Virus record (IMG/VR): IMGVR_UViG_3300037962_000729
Coordinates: 1 to 44,718 of that record
DNA from: a virus
Taxonomy: Duplodnaviria; Caudoviricetes
Length of the DNA stretch: 44,718 nt
Direction: 5' to 3' (one strand)
Shown: positions 1 through 8,499 of the stretch, in pieces
Layout: every line of letters starts with the position of its first letter
How positions within the stretch are numbered: position 1 is the stretch's first letter
Notes under the pieces: model-generated
What the model was told of the DNA's origin: nothing
Seen by the model: only the letters and a program-made list of their open reading frames with translations
Database searches by the model: none
Program-made: the position numbers and the translations under genes

Positions 1-858
1 CTAGTCTTTGTGCAAAGTTTCTGCAGCAAATAAGGTATTTTCCAGAAGTGTCGCCACGGTCATAGGACCGACACCGCCCGGTACGGGTGTTATCCAACTG
101 GCTTTTTCTTTGGCTTTTTCAAACTCTACGTCACCCGTGAGTTTGCCATTTTCCAAGCGATTAATACCGACATCAATGACGATGGCACCTTGTTTTATCC
201 ATTCACCAGGAATGAAACCCGCTTTACCTACGGCGACCACTAATAAGTCAGCACGACGCACTTGTTCTTCCAGATTATTTGTCCAGCGATGACAAACGGT
301 GGTAGTGCAGCCAGCCAATAATAATTCCAGTGCCATAGGCCTACCAACTATATTAGAGGCACCTACTACCACAGCTTCGAGACCTTTGAGATCGACTCCA
401 GTGGTGCGCAGTAGGGTAATCACTCCCTTTGGTGTACAAGGTCTGAGTTGTGGATTACGTTGAGCAAGACGGCCGATATTATATGGATGGAAGCCATCGA
501 CGTCTTTATGTGGGGCGATTCGTTCAATCACCGTTTCCGCAGAAATGTGTTGAGGCAAAGGTAACTGCACCAGAATGCCATCTATATCGTCATCTTGATT
601 TAATTTATCAATCAGAGAGAGTAACTCTTCTTCGGTCGCTGTTTCTGGAAGATCATAGGCTTCAGATTTGAATCCAATTTCTTCACAGCTTTTTCGTTTG
701 CTACCTACATAGACCTGCGATGCTGGATTAGCGCCTATCAATATGACCGCAAGACCTGGACGACGTTTTCCTTCTGCTAATCGTTCTGCCGTCGCTAATT
801 TCAATTGTTGTTTCAGGTCAGCTGCAACTGCCTTGCCATCGATAATCTTTGCGCTCAT
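1..858 (-). CDS. folD: Bifunctional methylenetetrahydrofolate dehydrogenase/cyclohydrolase
   Basis: MSAKIIDGK start; [28 protein letters not shown] and [12 protein letters not shown] motifs; classic folD-tRNA synteny. Confidence 0.98.
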   Translation of the reverse strand: MSAKIIDGKAVAADLKQQLKLATAERLAEGKRRPGLAVILIGANPASQVYVGSKRKSCEEIGFKSEAYDLPETATEEELLSLIDKLNQDDDIDGILVQLPLPQHISAETVIERIAPHKDVDGFHPYNIGRLAQRNPQLRPCTPKGVITLLRTTGVDLKGLEAVVVGASNIVGRPMALELLLAGCTTTVCHRWTNNLEEQVRRADLLVVAVGKAGFIPGEWIKQGAIVIDVGINRLENGKLTGDVEFEKAKEKASWITPVPGGVGPMTVATLLENTLFAAETLHKD

Positions 859-934
859 TCATCATTCCCGCTTATGCAAAAGCGGCTATGATCGCATGAT
901 GTGAGCCGAACAGCAAAAAATATCAAAACAGTGA

Positions 935-963
935 TTGACTCTTAAATTCTAACCACGTATTAT
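935..963 (+). promoter_or_regulatory. Sigma70 promoter of the tRNA operon
   Basis: TTGACT (935-940), 17-bp spacer, TATTAT (958-963), upstream of tRNA-Pro. Confidence 0.75.
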
Positions 964-998
964 TTCGCCTTCTTCGGGGATGACTTCTCGAATTAAGT

Positions 999-1075
<77 letters not shown>

Positions 1076-1112
1076 CTTCTTAACTTATGTCCTCGCTTAG
1101 TAAAAATCATAT

Positions 1113-1189
1113 GCGCCCGTAGCTCATCTGGATAGAGCATCGGCCTTCTAAGCCGAGGGTAGCAGGTTCGAGTCCTGCCGGGCGTACCA
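1113..1189 (+). tRNA. tRNA-Arg (anticodon TCT), prophage integration target
   Basis: 77 nt; GCGCCCG/CGGGCGT acceptor stem, TCGGC-CT-TCT-AA-GCCGA anticodon arm, GTTCGAGTC T-loop, 3' CCA. Confidence 0.97.
1141..1189 (+). repeat. attL core (49 bp)
   Basis: CGGCCTTCTAAGCCGAGGGTAGCAGGTTCGAGTCCTGCCGGGCGTACCA, identical at 43509-43557. Confidence 0.96.
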
Positions 1190-1219
1190 TTTATTCAATG
1201 CTTTCATTGATAGCAGCTA

Positions 1220-2332
1220 CTAACTACTTTCGCCATTCTCCCGTTTTACTTTCGCCATAATGCCACTATTCTGCATTTCGTGCGACTCTGTTTCTTCTCC
1301 TAAATAGTCCCTTATATAGCTGCGCGTTTGTGCTTCTGTTGAGTGTCCAAGCAGTCTACGTGTCGCTTCTATCCCTTCTTTTTTATATCGCTCTGTTGCC
1401 GCATACGGGCGTATATCTTTTAATTGCCAGCGCCTTTTTAGTGCTGCATCATCCCGCGCCTTACCAAACCAGTATTTAATCGTGCCATTTAATGACAGCT
1501 TATTACCCTTGTCATCAAAAAGAATAGGCGGGTTTATCATGGTGACTTTGCACGCCTTAAGTAGCTTTTTGCGTTTATTAATAAGCGCCCTTAAATCAGG
1601 GCCAATCTGTACGCGCTTAATCTTGTTGGTCTTACCCATTCGATAAACAAGCTCATCACCTTTATCATGCTCAAAACGAAAGCTGACAGCCTCATCAGGT
1701 CGAGCGCCTGACATATACAGTAAATCCATTAAATCTTTTATAAACGGCTTTGCCTTGGCGTGTACGGCTTTATACTCATCATGCGTGATAAGAATATCGC
1801 GATGCTCTTTAACTTTGTATTGCCTGGTCGTGCCTGTGATCGGGTTTTCTATCGTGCATAAGCCGCGAAGCTTAGCCCAATTGAAAATAACCGACATAAA
1901 CTTAATTTCTTTCTTTGCTCCGACTTGTGATGATCTCGATTCAAAATACTGCAAAAACCACTCTGGCTTAAATGCATCGATATGCAAATGAGCAAAGACA
2001 GGCTCTAAATGCGTCCAATAGTTTTTGCGGTCCTTAATCGTGCGTGGCGATAACCCTGAAAGTGTTCTGTTTTCCGCCCATTTCATGTACTTGAGATAAA
2101 TAGCACCCAACGTATCACCGGAATACTTTTCTATCTTGACGCCCTCAATCTCGCCCCATCTTTGTTTAGCTTTGGCAAAGTCAGTACCTAACGGCTCAGG
2201 CACGCGCTTTCCATTCTCATCACGTGGATGCTCGTAGTAATAAGCTACGCTAACACCTTTACGCGTCTTCCATTCACGCTTGACCATGCGAGGCGGTAAC
2301 TCTGGATGCTTTGTTTTAGGTTTAGGGGTCAT
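1220..2332 (-). CDS. int: Tyrosine recombinase / phage integrase
   Basis: Adjacent to attL; SGARPDE (R), KT (K), KDIR (variant HxxR), LGHS and the downstream catalytic Tyr (TRSY). Confidence 0.93.
   Translation of the reverse strand: MTPKPKTKHPELPPRMVKREWKTRKGVSVAYYYEHPRDENGKRVPEPLGTDFAKAKQRWGEIEGVKIEKYSGDTLGAIYLKYMKWAENRTLSGLSPRTIKDRKNYWTHLEPVFAHLHIDAFKPEWFLQYFESRSSQVGAKKEIKFMSVIFNWAKLRGLCTIENPITGTTRQYKVKEHRDILITHDEYKAVHAKAKPFIKDLMDLLYMSGARPDEAVSFRFEHDKGDELVYRMGKTNKIKRVQIGPDLRALINKRKKLLKACKVTMINPPILFDDKGNKLSLNGTIKYWFGKARDDAALKRRWQLKDIRPYAATERYKKEGIEATRRLLGHSTEAQTRSYIRDYLGEETESHEMQNSGIMAKVKRENGESS
1225..1258 (+). repeat. Putative integrase arm-type sites (2x TACTTTCGCCAT)
   Basis: Exact 12-mers at 1225-1236 and 1247-1258; related copies at 43395-43405, 43459-43468 (inverted) and 43603-43614. 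Confidence 0.7.
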
Positions 2333-2592
2333 GATGCTTTGTTAAAGTTAGGCATTTGGCTGTCACCGCTGATACGAATATCGTTATTGATATTTATACC
2401 TGACATTTTGATGCGTGCGTACCATCTGCTTATTTTAATTTCATTCTTACCGGACACACTGAAGCTCCAACGACCAGTAATCAGCCAGTCAATTTGCTTT
2501 CCACGCTGCTCAAAGCCGGTAAGCTCAATCACTTCCTTGTCAGTTAGAAATTCGCTTGCTATTTCGTTTTGAATGATTAATGCCATAATCAC
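2329..2592 (-). CDS. Putative excisionase (DUF4224-like wHTH)
   Basis: FLTDKEVIELTG...QIDWL pattern; 4-bp overlap directly upstream of int. Confidence 0.75.
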   Translation of the reverse strand: MIMALIIQNEIASEFLTDKEVIELTGFEQRGKQIDWLITGRWSFSVSGKNEIKISRWYARIKMSGININNDIRISGDSQMPNFNKAS

Positions 2593-3011
2593 ACCTTCTC
2601 TTGTCCTGGGTTGCGTAGTTTTTTGACATATTCGTCTTTAAATTCATTTGTTATTTCTCGATGCAAATAACCGCGATCAGAACACCACTGGCAGAAATCA
2701 TTAATAGCCTCAGCCTGAATCTCCCTAACCACATCAGTACAAGATGGCGGTATAAGCTCTTTAACTTTTGCCATATTACCTTCATCAGCAGCGAGTGAGA
2801 TTAGGCCGAGTTTGGCGATGAGACGGTGCTGCTGCTCGTGTAATGGCTCAATTTTTTTGTTATGTAAATGGTCATACATAGCCATCATTGCATTAGCAAA
2901 CCAACCAAGCATTAATTCCTCATCAGCTTCTGGGAAAGTCTTCTTGTAAAATTCAGACCAAGCTTTTGCGTCTGGGTTTGTGTGTATCGACATATCGTAT
3001 TCTTCACTCAT
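2589..3011 (-). CDS. Phage hypothetical protein
   Basis: Coupled ORF in the PL operon; DAKAWSEF...LGWFANAMMA segment typical of phage early proteins. Confidence 0.7.
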   Translation of the reverse strand: MSEEYDMSIHTNPDAKAWSEFYKKTFPEADEELMLGWFANAMMAMYDHLHNKKIEPLHEQQHRLIAKLGLISLAADEGNMAKVKELIPPSCTDVVREIQAEAINDFCQWCSDRGYLHREITNEFKDEYVKKLRNPGQEKV

Positions 3012-3180
3012 ATCTCACCTCAATAATTCGGTTTTTGTATTTCATCTCTACCCATGGATAATCACTGCATTCGTCATAGACTTTTAAAGCCTCTTCAAAT
3101 GTGTTGAAATGAAGCGACACTTTGTAATTTCGCTCTAGGTCTTCATATTTTCCGGCGTTGACAAAAAATAAATCACTCAT
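3004..3180 (-). CDS. Small phage hypothetical protein
   Basis: ATG at 3180 with GGGGAG RBS; overlaps the next gene. Confidence 0.55.
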   Translation of the reverse strand: MSDLFFVNAGKYEDLERNYKVSLHFNTFEEALKVYDECSDYPWVEMKYKNRIIEVRYE

Positions 3181-3193
3181 AACTCCCCTGCCT

Positions 3194-3441
3194 CTAGTTT
3201 GTTTTATCAATTGCGTCGCAAAACTCTAACCACACTGAGTGACTTAGATTTACTGCTCGTGTGCCGTCATTACCTATATCAGCTCGTTCAAGTAAGTCAC
3301 CTCGGACTTTGTTCATCACTCCATTCAACCGCTCAATCGTTTCGGCTTGTTGTTTGTAATCATTAAACAATACGAAGCAACCCATTCACTAAGCTGCTCA
3401 TCCGTTGCCGTTTCGATTATTTCTGGTGTTAGGTTGGTCAT
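3194..3441 (-). pseudogene. Frameshifted or chimeric small gene
   Basis: Coupled ATG at 3441 gives MTNLTPEIIETATDEQLSEWVA... and stops after 38 aa, while a coding-like C-terminal part (3194-3385) lies in another frame. Confidence 0.4.
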
Positions 3442-3605
3442 TGGTTTGCCTCAATTAGTAAAGCATCAGAATCAATAAAATTTTCAGTGTTGCACTCAAT
3501 AAGCATTGATTTTGCGTACTAAAATGCTTCGTCTCTATCCATGCCGTTATCTACGATGCAGTCGGTCATTTCTTCCAGTATTTCCAGTGTTATTTCAAGC
3601 TTCAT
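3438..3605 (-). pseudogene. Small acidic ORF with an internal amber codon
   Basis: MKLEITLEILEEMTDCIVDNGMDRDEAF*YAKSMLIECNTENFIDSDALLIEANQ; ATGA overlaps at both ends; TAG at 3521-3519. Confidence 0.55.
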
Positions 3606-3781
3606 CTAACCTTCCTCATCTTTGTGGTCTTTTCCATTTTGGAAAGTGCCACTTCAATATCTTTCGGTACATCAACCTCAAAAGTCACTTCTTGGGTTCT
3701 GACGTGTACTTGTCTGATGGTTATCTTCACATCGTCACCTATCACTAGGCTTGTTTCTGTTTTGCGGTTAAGGGTTAGCAT
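3602..3781 (-). CDS. Divergent CsrA/RsmA-family protein
   Basis: MLTLNRKTETSLVIGDDVKITI...EVDVPKDIEV aligns with CsrA [22 protein letters not shown]...GVNAPKEVSV. Confidence 0.8.
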   Translation of the reverse strand: MLTLNRKTETSLVIGDDVKITIRQVHVRTQEVTFEVDVPKDIEVALSKMEKTTKMRKVR

Positions 3782-3794
3782 AAGGCAGCCTTTT

Positions 3795-4025
3795 CTAGCG
3801 TTCTTCTTCAATAGCTTGCATGGCTGCTATGCGTATCTGTTTTCTAGCAGTCAGCAAAAGAATCAGATATATAAGAAAGCCAGTTATTCCTACAATCATT
3901 ACAAATGGCCTATCCATCGATAGGGCGCTAACAGATATGGATAAAAACAACCCACATAAAAAAGCAAACAGAAGCATGTCGTCCAAATTTGTTATTGATT
4001 TAATAAAGCCTTGCTTAGTCATCAC
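3795..4025 (-). CDS. Small two-TM membrane protein
   Basis: Two hydrophobic stretches; lies in the PL operon. Confidence 0.6.
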   Translation of the reverse strand: MMTKQGFIKSITNLDDMLLFAFLCGLFLSISVSALSMDRPFVMIVGITGFLIYLILLLTARKQIRIAAMQAIEEER

Positions 4026-4183
4026 TCATAATCCTCAACTCTGATAATGTCTTTTTCATCAATCTCAATCACTTCGCCGTCAGTCCACTCTCTACAACCT
4101 TCATTCGGGTACTTGTCGGCGTGCTTTGGATGCTCACAGCCATTGTTAAGTAGTACACAGCTTGTGCAGCGGCCTATTTGCAT
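4022..4183 (-). CDS. Small Cys-rich protein (53 aa, below the ORF-track cutoff)
   Basis: Manual translation MQIGRCTSCVLLNNGCEHPKHADKYPNEGCREWTDGEVIEIDEKDIIRVEDYE; fills the gap with overlapping start and stop. Confidence 0.55.
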   Translation of the reverse strand: MQIGRCTSCVLLNNGCEHPKHADKYPNEGCREWTDGEVIEIDEKDIIRVEDYE

Positions 4184-4356
4184 TTGATATTGCTCACGTT
4201 TTCACATCTAACCCAAGTCAGATCACCGTCACCGTAAAAATCAAAAGCGATTAGCCTCTCGCGAAAATGAACAGATACGATGCTGTATTCGTGTTCTTGA
4301 TAAGTCGCTAACATTCCAGCTGTCCACTCAACTTCTACAAATTCATCTTGAGTCAT
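4174..4356 (-). CDS. Small phage hypothetical protein
   Basis: GGAGA RBS and ATGA overlap with the upstream gene. Confidence 0.6.
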   Translation of the reverse strand: MTQDEFVEVEWTAGMLATYQEHEYSIVSVHFRERLIAFDFYGDGDLTWVRCENVSNIKCK

Positions 4357-4829
4357 CCCATTTCTCCGTTATTAAGTCTGCTATCTCTCAACATAGTCAG
4401 GCGATTGCAAAACTCTGATTCAGTAAGAACAGTTTCTTTCCGGTTTGAATTTCCAATACTGTGTGTAAATCTTGCTGTTCCAGCAGCTTCTAAGCATTTT
4501 CTGAAGTCTTCGTTTTGCTCAAACATCGCTAGATAAACTCTGTCCAACAAATCCTGGTACTGTTTTGATGAGCGTTTATACTCAACACCTTTCCACCACA
4601 AGCGCTGCATAGACTTCCATCGCTTATTGCGTGATCTGCCTTTTCTCTTTGCTTCCTTTCCAATCAACCCGCAAGTTATTTCCTGTGCATTTTGGTTCTC
4701 AAACTTAAGGGATTGAAGGAACCCCTCCATAGAGCTTATATTCACACCATCAAACACAAATTCTCTTCTAGTGAAGTTTGATAATTTGTTTGCTGGGTAT
4801 TTGTTGTCGCTTCCTATATCCATATCCAT
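4353..4829 (-). CDS. NADAR-superfamily protein, T4 gp30.3-like (putative ADP-ribosyl-guanine glycohydrolase)
   Basis: LSNF...FVFDGV...SMEGFLQSLK...LWWKG...FTHSIG...TVLTESEFC matches the phage gp30.3/NADAR pattern. Confidence 0.75.
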   Translation of the reverse strand: MDMDIGSDNKYPANKLSNFTRREFVFDGVNISSMEGFLQSLKFENQNAQEITCGLIGKEAKRKGRSRNKRWKSMQRLWWKGVEYKRSSKQYQDLLDRVYLAMFEQNEDFRKCLEAAGTARFTHSIGNSNRKETVLTESEFCNRLTMLRDSRLNNGEMG

Positions 4830-5045
4830 TCCCCATTAAGTCTGCTATTTGCATTTGAGTGATGACTCTGCTTATCGACGCCAATCAGAGACTCCAAGCC
4901 TTACAAGCCACCACTCAAACACATGGCAGTTTTACTTACCTGCCCTTCGCATTAATGAACAACCTCAGCCCTCTACAATTACTAATCATTTTTTGACTAT
5001 TTAAATAAATTAAAAAAATTTACTGAGGCTGCTCATTGATGCCTG

Positions 5046-5300
5046 CTATCTTTTCTCGAAAAAATCACATTTATTGCAGCTGTATAATCCTGGCCATTTA
5101 TCTCCGGCTGCTTCCATTTCGTGATCACCTTCATTGCAAAAAACTTCATAGTTAAAACTAATGCTTGTTTGAAACTTAAAAGTCTTGCCGCAATCGCACT
5201 GCTGTTCATGGTCGATGTTCTCTTCATAACCTTGGCCATCATCATGGATAATTTCTTGCTCTGTTCCGCAATATGGGCAAATAACGTCAGACATCATCAA
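5046..5300 (-). CDS. Cys-rich zinc-ribbon protein
   Basis: CPYC, CDC and C...H...CNKC motifs. Confidence 0.6.
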   Translation of the reverse strand: MMMSDVICPYCGTEQEIIHDDGQGYEENIDHEQQCDCGKTFKFQTSISFNYEVFCNEGDHEMEAAGDKWPGLYSCNKCDFFEKR

Positions 5301-5357
5301 ATCCTCTTATTAAGTTTCACCTTGTGGCACCTTTTAGCCCCTTTCGGGGCTTGGTTG

Positions 5358-5783
5358 TTATCCGTTTGCTGCTTCACCGTGTATTCGGTGCCATTCATTG
5401 TGATGCTTGTTACAAAGCCATCTAACGTCTAATGGTTTTGCATAATCATCGTGGTGTGCGTGTACTTCTTTTTCTCCACATTCTTCACACGGTTGTTTTT
5501 CTAGTATTCCGTCACGAAGAGCATTTGCTACTTGATTGTGTGCTTGTCGCTTAGTTGGGTTTCTTTGAATGTATGAAACCTTTGCTTTATTTGACGCCCT
5601 CCTTCCAACTTCAGTCCTTGCGTATTCACGTCTCGCCATGATTCTGTTCGGCTTATTAGCTCTAGCTTTGTCATATTCTCTCTGGCATGATTTGCACCGC
5701 GCTGCTAATCCATCAACTGATGCAGCTCTCTTGTGAAAATCATCATCTTGTTTAGTGGTGTCGCATACATTGCAGTGCTTCAT
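5358..5783 (-). CDS. Zn-finger/HNH-like phage endonuclease
   Basis: N-terminal CxxC...CxxC; C-terminal CEEC...HAHHDDY...WLCNKHHNEWH. Confidence 0.7.
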   Translation of the reverse strand: MKHCNVCDTTKQDDDFHKRAASVDGLAARCKSCQREYDKARANKPNRIMARREYARTEVGRRASNKAKVSYIQRNPTKRQAHNQVANALRDGILEKQPCEECGEKEVHAHHDDYAKPLDVRWLCNKHHNEWHRIHGEAANG

Positions 5784-5792
5784 GGTTATCTC

Positions 5793-6251
5793 CTAGAAGG
5801 GTATGTCCCGATCATCGTAATAGTCATCACCACCTCCATAATCCGGCCCCGCATTGCTCGCTGCTGGTTGTGGTTGGCTTGTCGCTGATTGACCTGCTGC
5901 TTGCGACTGACCTGAATCACCACGACCGTCCAACATCGTCATTTCATTACCCACTATTTCGGTGGTGTATTGGTCTTGGCCTTGTTGGTTTTGCCATTTA
6001 CGGGTTTGGATTCTGCCTTCGATATAGACTTGTGAGCCTTTACGCAGGTATTGCTGGGCAATTTCGCCGAGTTTGTTGCGTAAAACTACGCGGTGCCATT
6101 CTGTGCGTTCTTGGCGCTCTCCGGTTTGGCGGTCTTTCCAGCTCTCGCTTGTGGCGATGCGCAGGTTGCAGATTGAGCCGCCGTTAGGGAATGCTCGGCT
6201 TTCTGGATCTGCACCTAAGCGACCTACAAGAATGACTTTGTTGACGCTCAT
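5793..6251 (-). CDS. ssb: Single-stranded DNA-binding protein
   Basis: [34 protein letters not shown] and acidic C-terminal DIPF. Confidence 0.96.
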   Translation of the reverse strand: MSVNKVILVGRLGADPESRAFPNGGSICNLRIATSESWKDRQTGERQERTEWHRVVLRNKLGEIAQQYLRKGSQVYIEGRIQTRKWQNQQGQDQYTTEIVGNEMTMLDGRGDSGQSQAAGQSATSQPQPAASNAGPDYGGGDDYYDDRDIPF

Positions 6252-6532
6252 GCCGCCACCTTCAACTGTTTCAGGCGTGACTCATGGCTACCAGTGTCTT
6301 TACCGTTTGCCTTTCTCCACTTAATTTGCAGCTCTAACAACTTTATTTCGCCTTTGATGGTTGTTGTGTAGTAACTTCCACTATCATCCTCAGCAACACG
6401 TTCAAGCAGTCCTTCATTCTTGAATCTATAAACCATTCTTGATAAATAGGTGTTTGCATCTTCAGCTATATCAACGTGCAACCCTTCATCGCGTGATGCA
6501 AAGTAAAGTACTTTCTCTTCTGTGTATCTCAT
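6248..6532 (-). CDS. Hypothetical protein (possibly winged helix)
   Basis: Coupled between exo and ssb; GLL...YYTTTIKG wing-like pattern. Confidence 0.6.
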   Translation of the reverse strand: MRYTEEKVLYFASRDEGLHVDIAEDANTYLSRMVYRFKNEGLLERVAEDDSGSYYTTTIKGEIKLLELQIKWRKANGKDTGSHESRLKQLKVAA

Positions 6533-7143
6533 TACATGCTCCTAATCTTTTGTTCCAAGTCGTTAAGTTCGTTGTTGAAATCATCCACGGCTTTTGCTAT
6601 TTCTTTTATTCTCGCTTCATCCCGATAAACTCTGACTTGCACTAAAGGCAAGTTAGGGCAGTAAGAAACGAAGTCGCACCATTCACGTTCTGCAATCCAT
6701 AACTGTGTTTGTATTTGTGGCTCGTGTTCTTTTGGTACTTCCTGGCTAAACAAGACGGGCAAATGAATCGCTGGCATTTTTGATTTAATCTCCATGCAGC
6801 CATCATCATTAATCAGCGAGTCAGGGCTTGCTCCGGCCGTTTTTTCATCGTTGGTAATGAATCCAACCTCTTGAGGCTCACAGTCATTTATGAACGCATA
6901 CAAGGCTCTAGCCTCTGGCTCAAGAATGTGTCCTCGCTCTGTATAGCGGTTGCCTTGAAACTCGTTTATCTGGTCAATAGCGACGCGCTCAGCGAGCAGC
7001 TTCATCATGTAGGCATAACGCGTTTTACTTGGTGCGCTGCCTCTGCCTTTTGAAAGCACGTCAGAGATAGCTGATGCCGTCACGATTCCACGTCTAGCAT
7101 CTAGCCATTCTTGGCTGTTTTGCTCTACGTTATGGATAATCAT
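6532..7143 (-). CDS. YqaJ/lambda-exonuclease family protein
   Basis: QNSQEWLDARRGIVTAS, GASPDSL and EIK PD-(D/E)XK motifs. Confidence 0.92.
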   Translation of the reverse strand: MIIHNVEQNSQEWLDARRGIVTASAISDVLSKGRGSAPSKTRYAYMMKLLAERVAIDQINEFQGNRYTERGHILEPEARALYAFINDCEPQEVGFITNDEKTAGASPDSLINDDGCMEIKSKMPAIHLPVLFSQEVPKEHEPQIQTQLWIAEREWCDFVSYCPNLPLVQVRVYRDEARIKEIAKAVDDFNNELNDLEQKIRSM

Positions 7144-7886
7144 GCTGCATCAGCCTTGTGTGCTTTTGCTTTGAGCATGGAAACAGCTTGATCGTATTTA
7201 TCAGCTGGTAAACCTTCGATAGCGCCTATGGCGAAGAACTCGCAGAATTTACCCATATTTGCATTTGTTTCTGCTGCGAGCTTATTGATTGCTTCGACCT
7301 GTTCTTTTGTAATTAGTGAACGATCATTGCTTTCTGCACCAGTACCGGTTGATGCATTTACAGGCATGTCCTGTGCTTCTTCTGCTGTTATTAAACCGAG
7401 CAGGGCATCAGCGAACTGGTTACGCAGGGCAAAGCCTCTTGCACGCATAGCCAGCATGCGTTTAGGGTATTGTTTCCACGTGTTCTTACCCCATAATCCA
7501 GCCGTTTGAGCATCAGCTTGGCTAAAGTGCTGTGTATGCTTTGTTCCACCTTTACGCCATACAACACATTTAGCTGTCATGCTGGCCTCATCGAATGTTT
7601 CTTCAATACCACCGAAAGAAGGGTGGTTTTGGACAAGGGCCAGCATCGCGTCACCCCAGATGGCAGGGCGTCCATTAATAACAGCAATATTCTGAATTGC
7701 TTGCATAGGGTTTAAGCCAATCTCATTACCCATCATCATGGCAATCAATGTGTCTTCTGGCTTACCCTTAAATTGAGCTGGTGCAAGCTGTGAATTAGCA
7801 ATCATTGTTGCCAACTGCATGGCCTGACCCATATCTCTAGGTGCAACGTTGAACCCGTTATTTTGAGTTGTCGTTAACTGATTCAT
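7140..7886 (-). CDS. recT: RecT-family single-strand annealing recombinase
   Basis: EIGLNPMQAIQNIAVINGRPAIWGD and WKQYPKRMLAMRARGFALRNQFAD; paired with the exonuclease; likely start MNQL at 7886. Confidence 0.88.
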   Translation of the reverse strand: MNQLTTTQNNGFNVAPRDMGQAMQLATMIANSQLAPAQFKGKPEDTLIAMMMGNEIGLNPMQAIQNIAVINGRPAIWGDAMLALVQNHPSFGGIEETFDEASMTAKCVVWRKGGTKHTQHFSQADAQTAGLWGKNTWKQYPKRMLAMRARGFALRNQFADALLGLITAEEAQDMPVNASTGTGAESNDRSLITKEQVEAINKLAAETNANMGKFCEFFAIGAIEGLPADKYDQAVSMLKAKAHKADAA

Positions 7887-8091
7887 CTTCATCATCCTTT
7901 TTATCTTGAGCCCCAAAAATCTCAGCAAATGCCAAAGCACTTTTAGAATTTTCACCGCCTAGTTGTTCGTTAAAATCGTCGTATTGTTTTTGATCCATAA
8001 TTGCTGCACCGATTAAGAGAGTGAAGGCAAAAGCTAACCCGATATTGGTGTCAATTAATGACTGCAGGCTTTCTAGGGTTGAGGTGTTCAT
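7858..8091 (-). CDS. Phage hypothetical protein
   Basis: Coupled ORF with one hydrophobic segment. Confidence 0.5.
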   Translation of the reverse strand: MNTSTLESLQSLIDTNIGLAFAFTLLIGAAIMDQKQYDDFNEQLGGENSKSALAFAEIFGAQDKKDDEDESVNDNSK

Positions 8092-8465
8092 TGCTTGCCT
8101 CTGGCTTTTGCAATGGCTTTTTCGGCTTGCTCAACAGAGGAATCACCTACTTCGCAATAGTCACCACCTTGCATTTCACTTAAGCATCTTTCCAAAGACT
8201 CAATCAGTTCTTTCTCTAGCTCGGTTAATTGTTTTGGTTTTTCTAGTTCAGAGAGTAGGGTGTAAGCAGTATCTATTGCTTGCTTAGCAAGCTGGCTATC
8301 ACTCACCCCTGAATAACCCAGGCTTTCTGCGCCAGGCCATGCAGATAAAAGAGCCGCCATATTTCTTGCTGCAAGCTCTTCGCGCTTTGTTAAGCCTGTA
8401 TGTGGCTGCATCCCACTATTTTGACCACCCTCAAAAGGCATTGCTGGCATATCACCGTTATTCAT
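8088..8465 (-). CDS. Phage hypothetical protein
   Basis: PAMP...GLTKREELAARNM and AIAKARG motifs common in phage early proteins; GAGGTG RBS. Confidence 0.7.
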   Translation of the reverse strand: MNNGDMPAMPFEGGQNSGMQPHTGLTKREELAARNMAALLSAWPGAESLGYSGVSDSQLAKQAIDTAYTLLSELEKPKQLTELEKELIESLERCLSEMQGGDYCEVGDSSVEQAEKAIAKARGKQ

Positions 8466-8499
8466 AACCCCACCTCAATCACATAAAGCTCAGCAGCAC

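Noticed and set aside
3519-3521. Amber recoding or suppression as a phage-wide code change
   Set aside because: Only one internal TAG was noticed; int, ssb and other genes end normally at TAG and no suppressor tRNA is present
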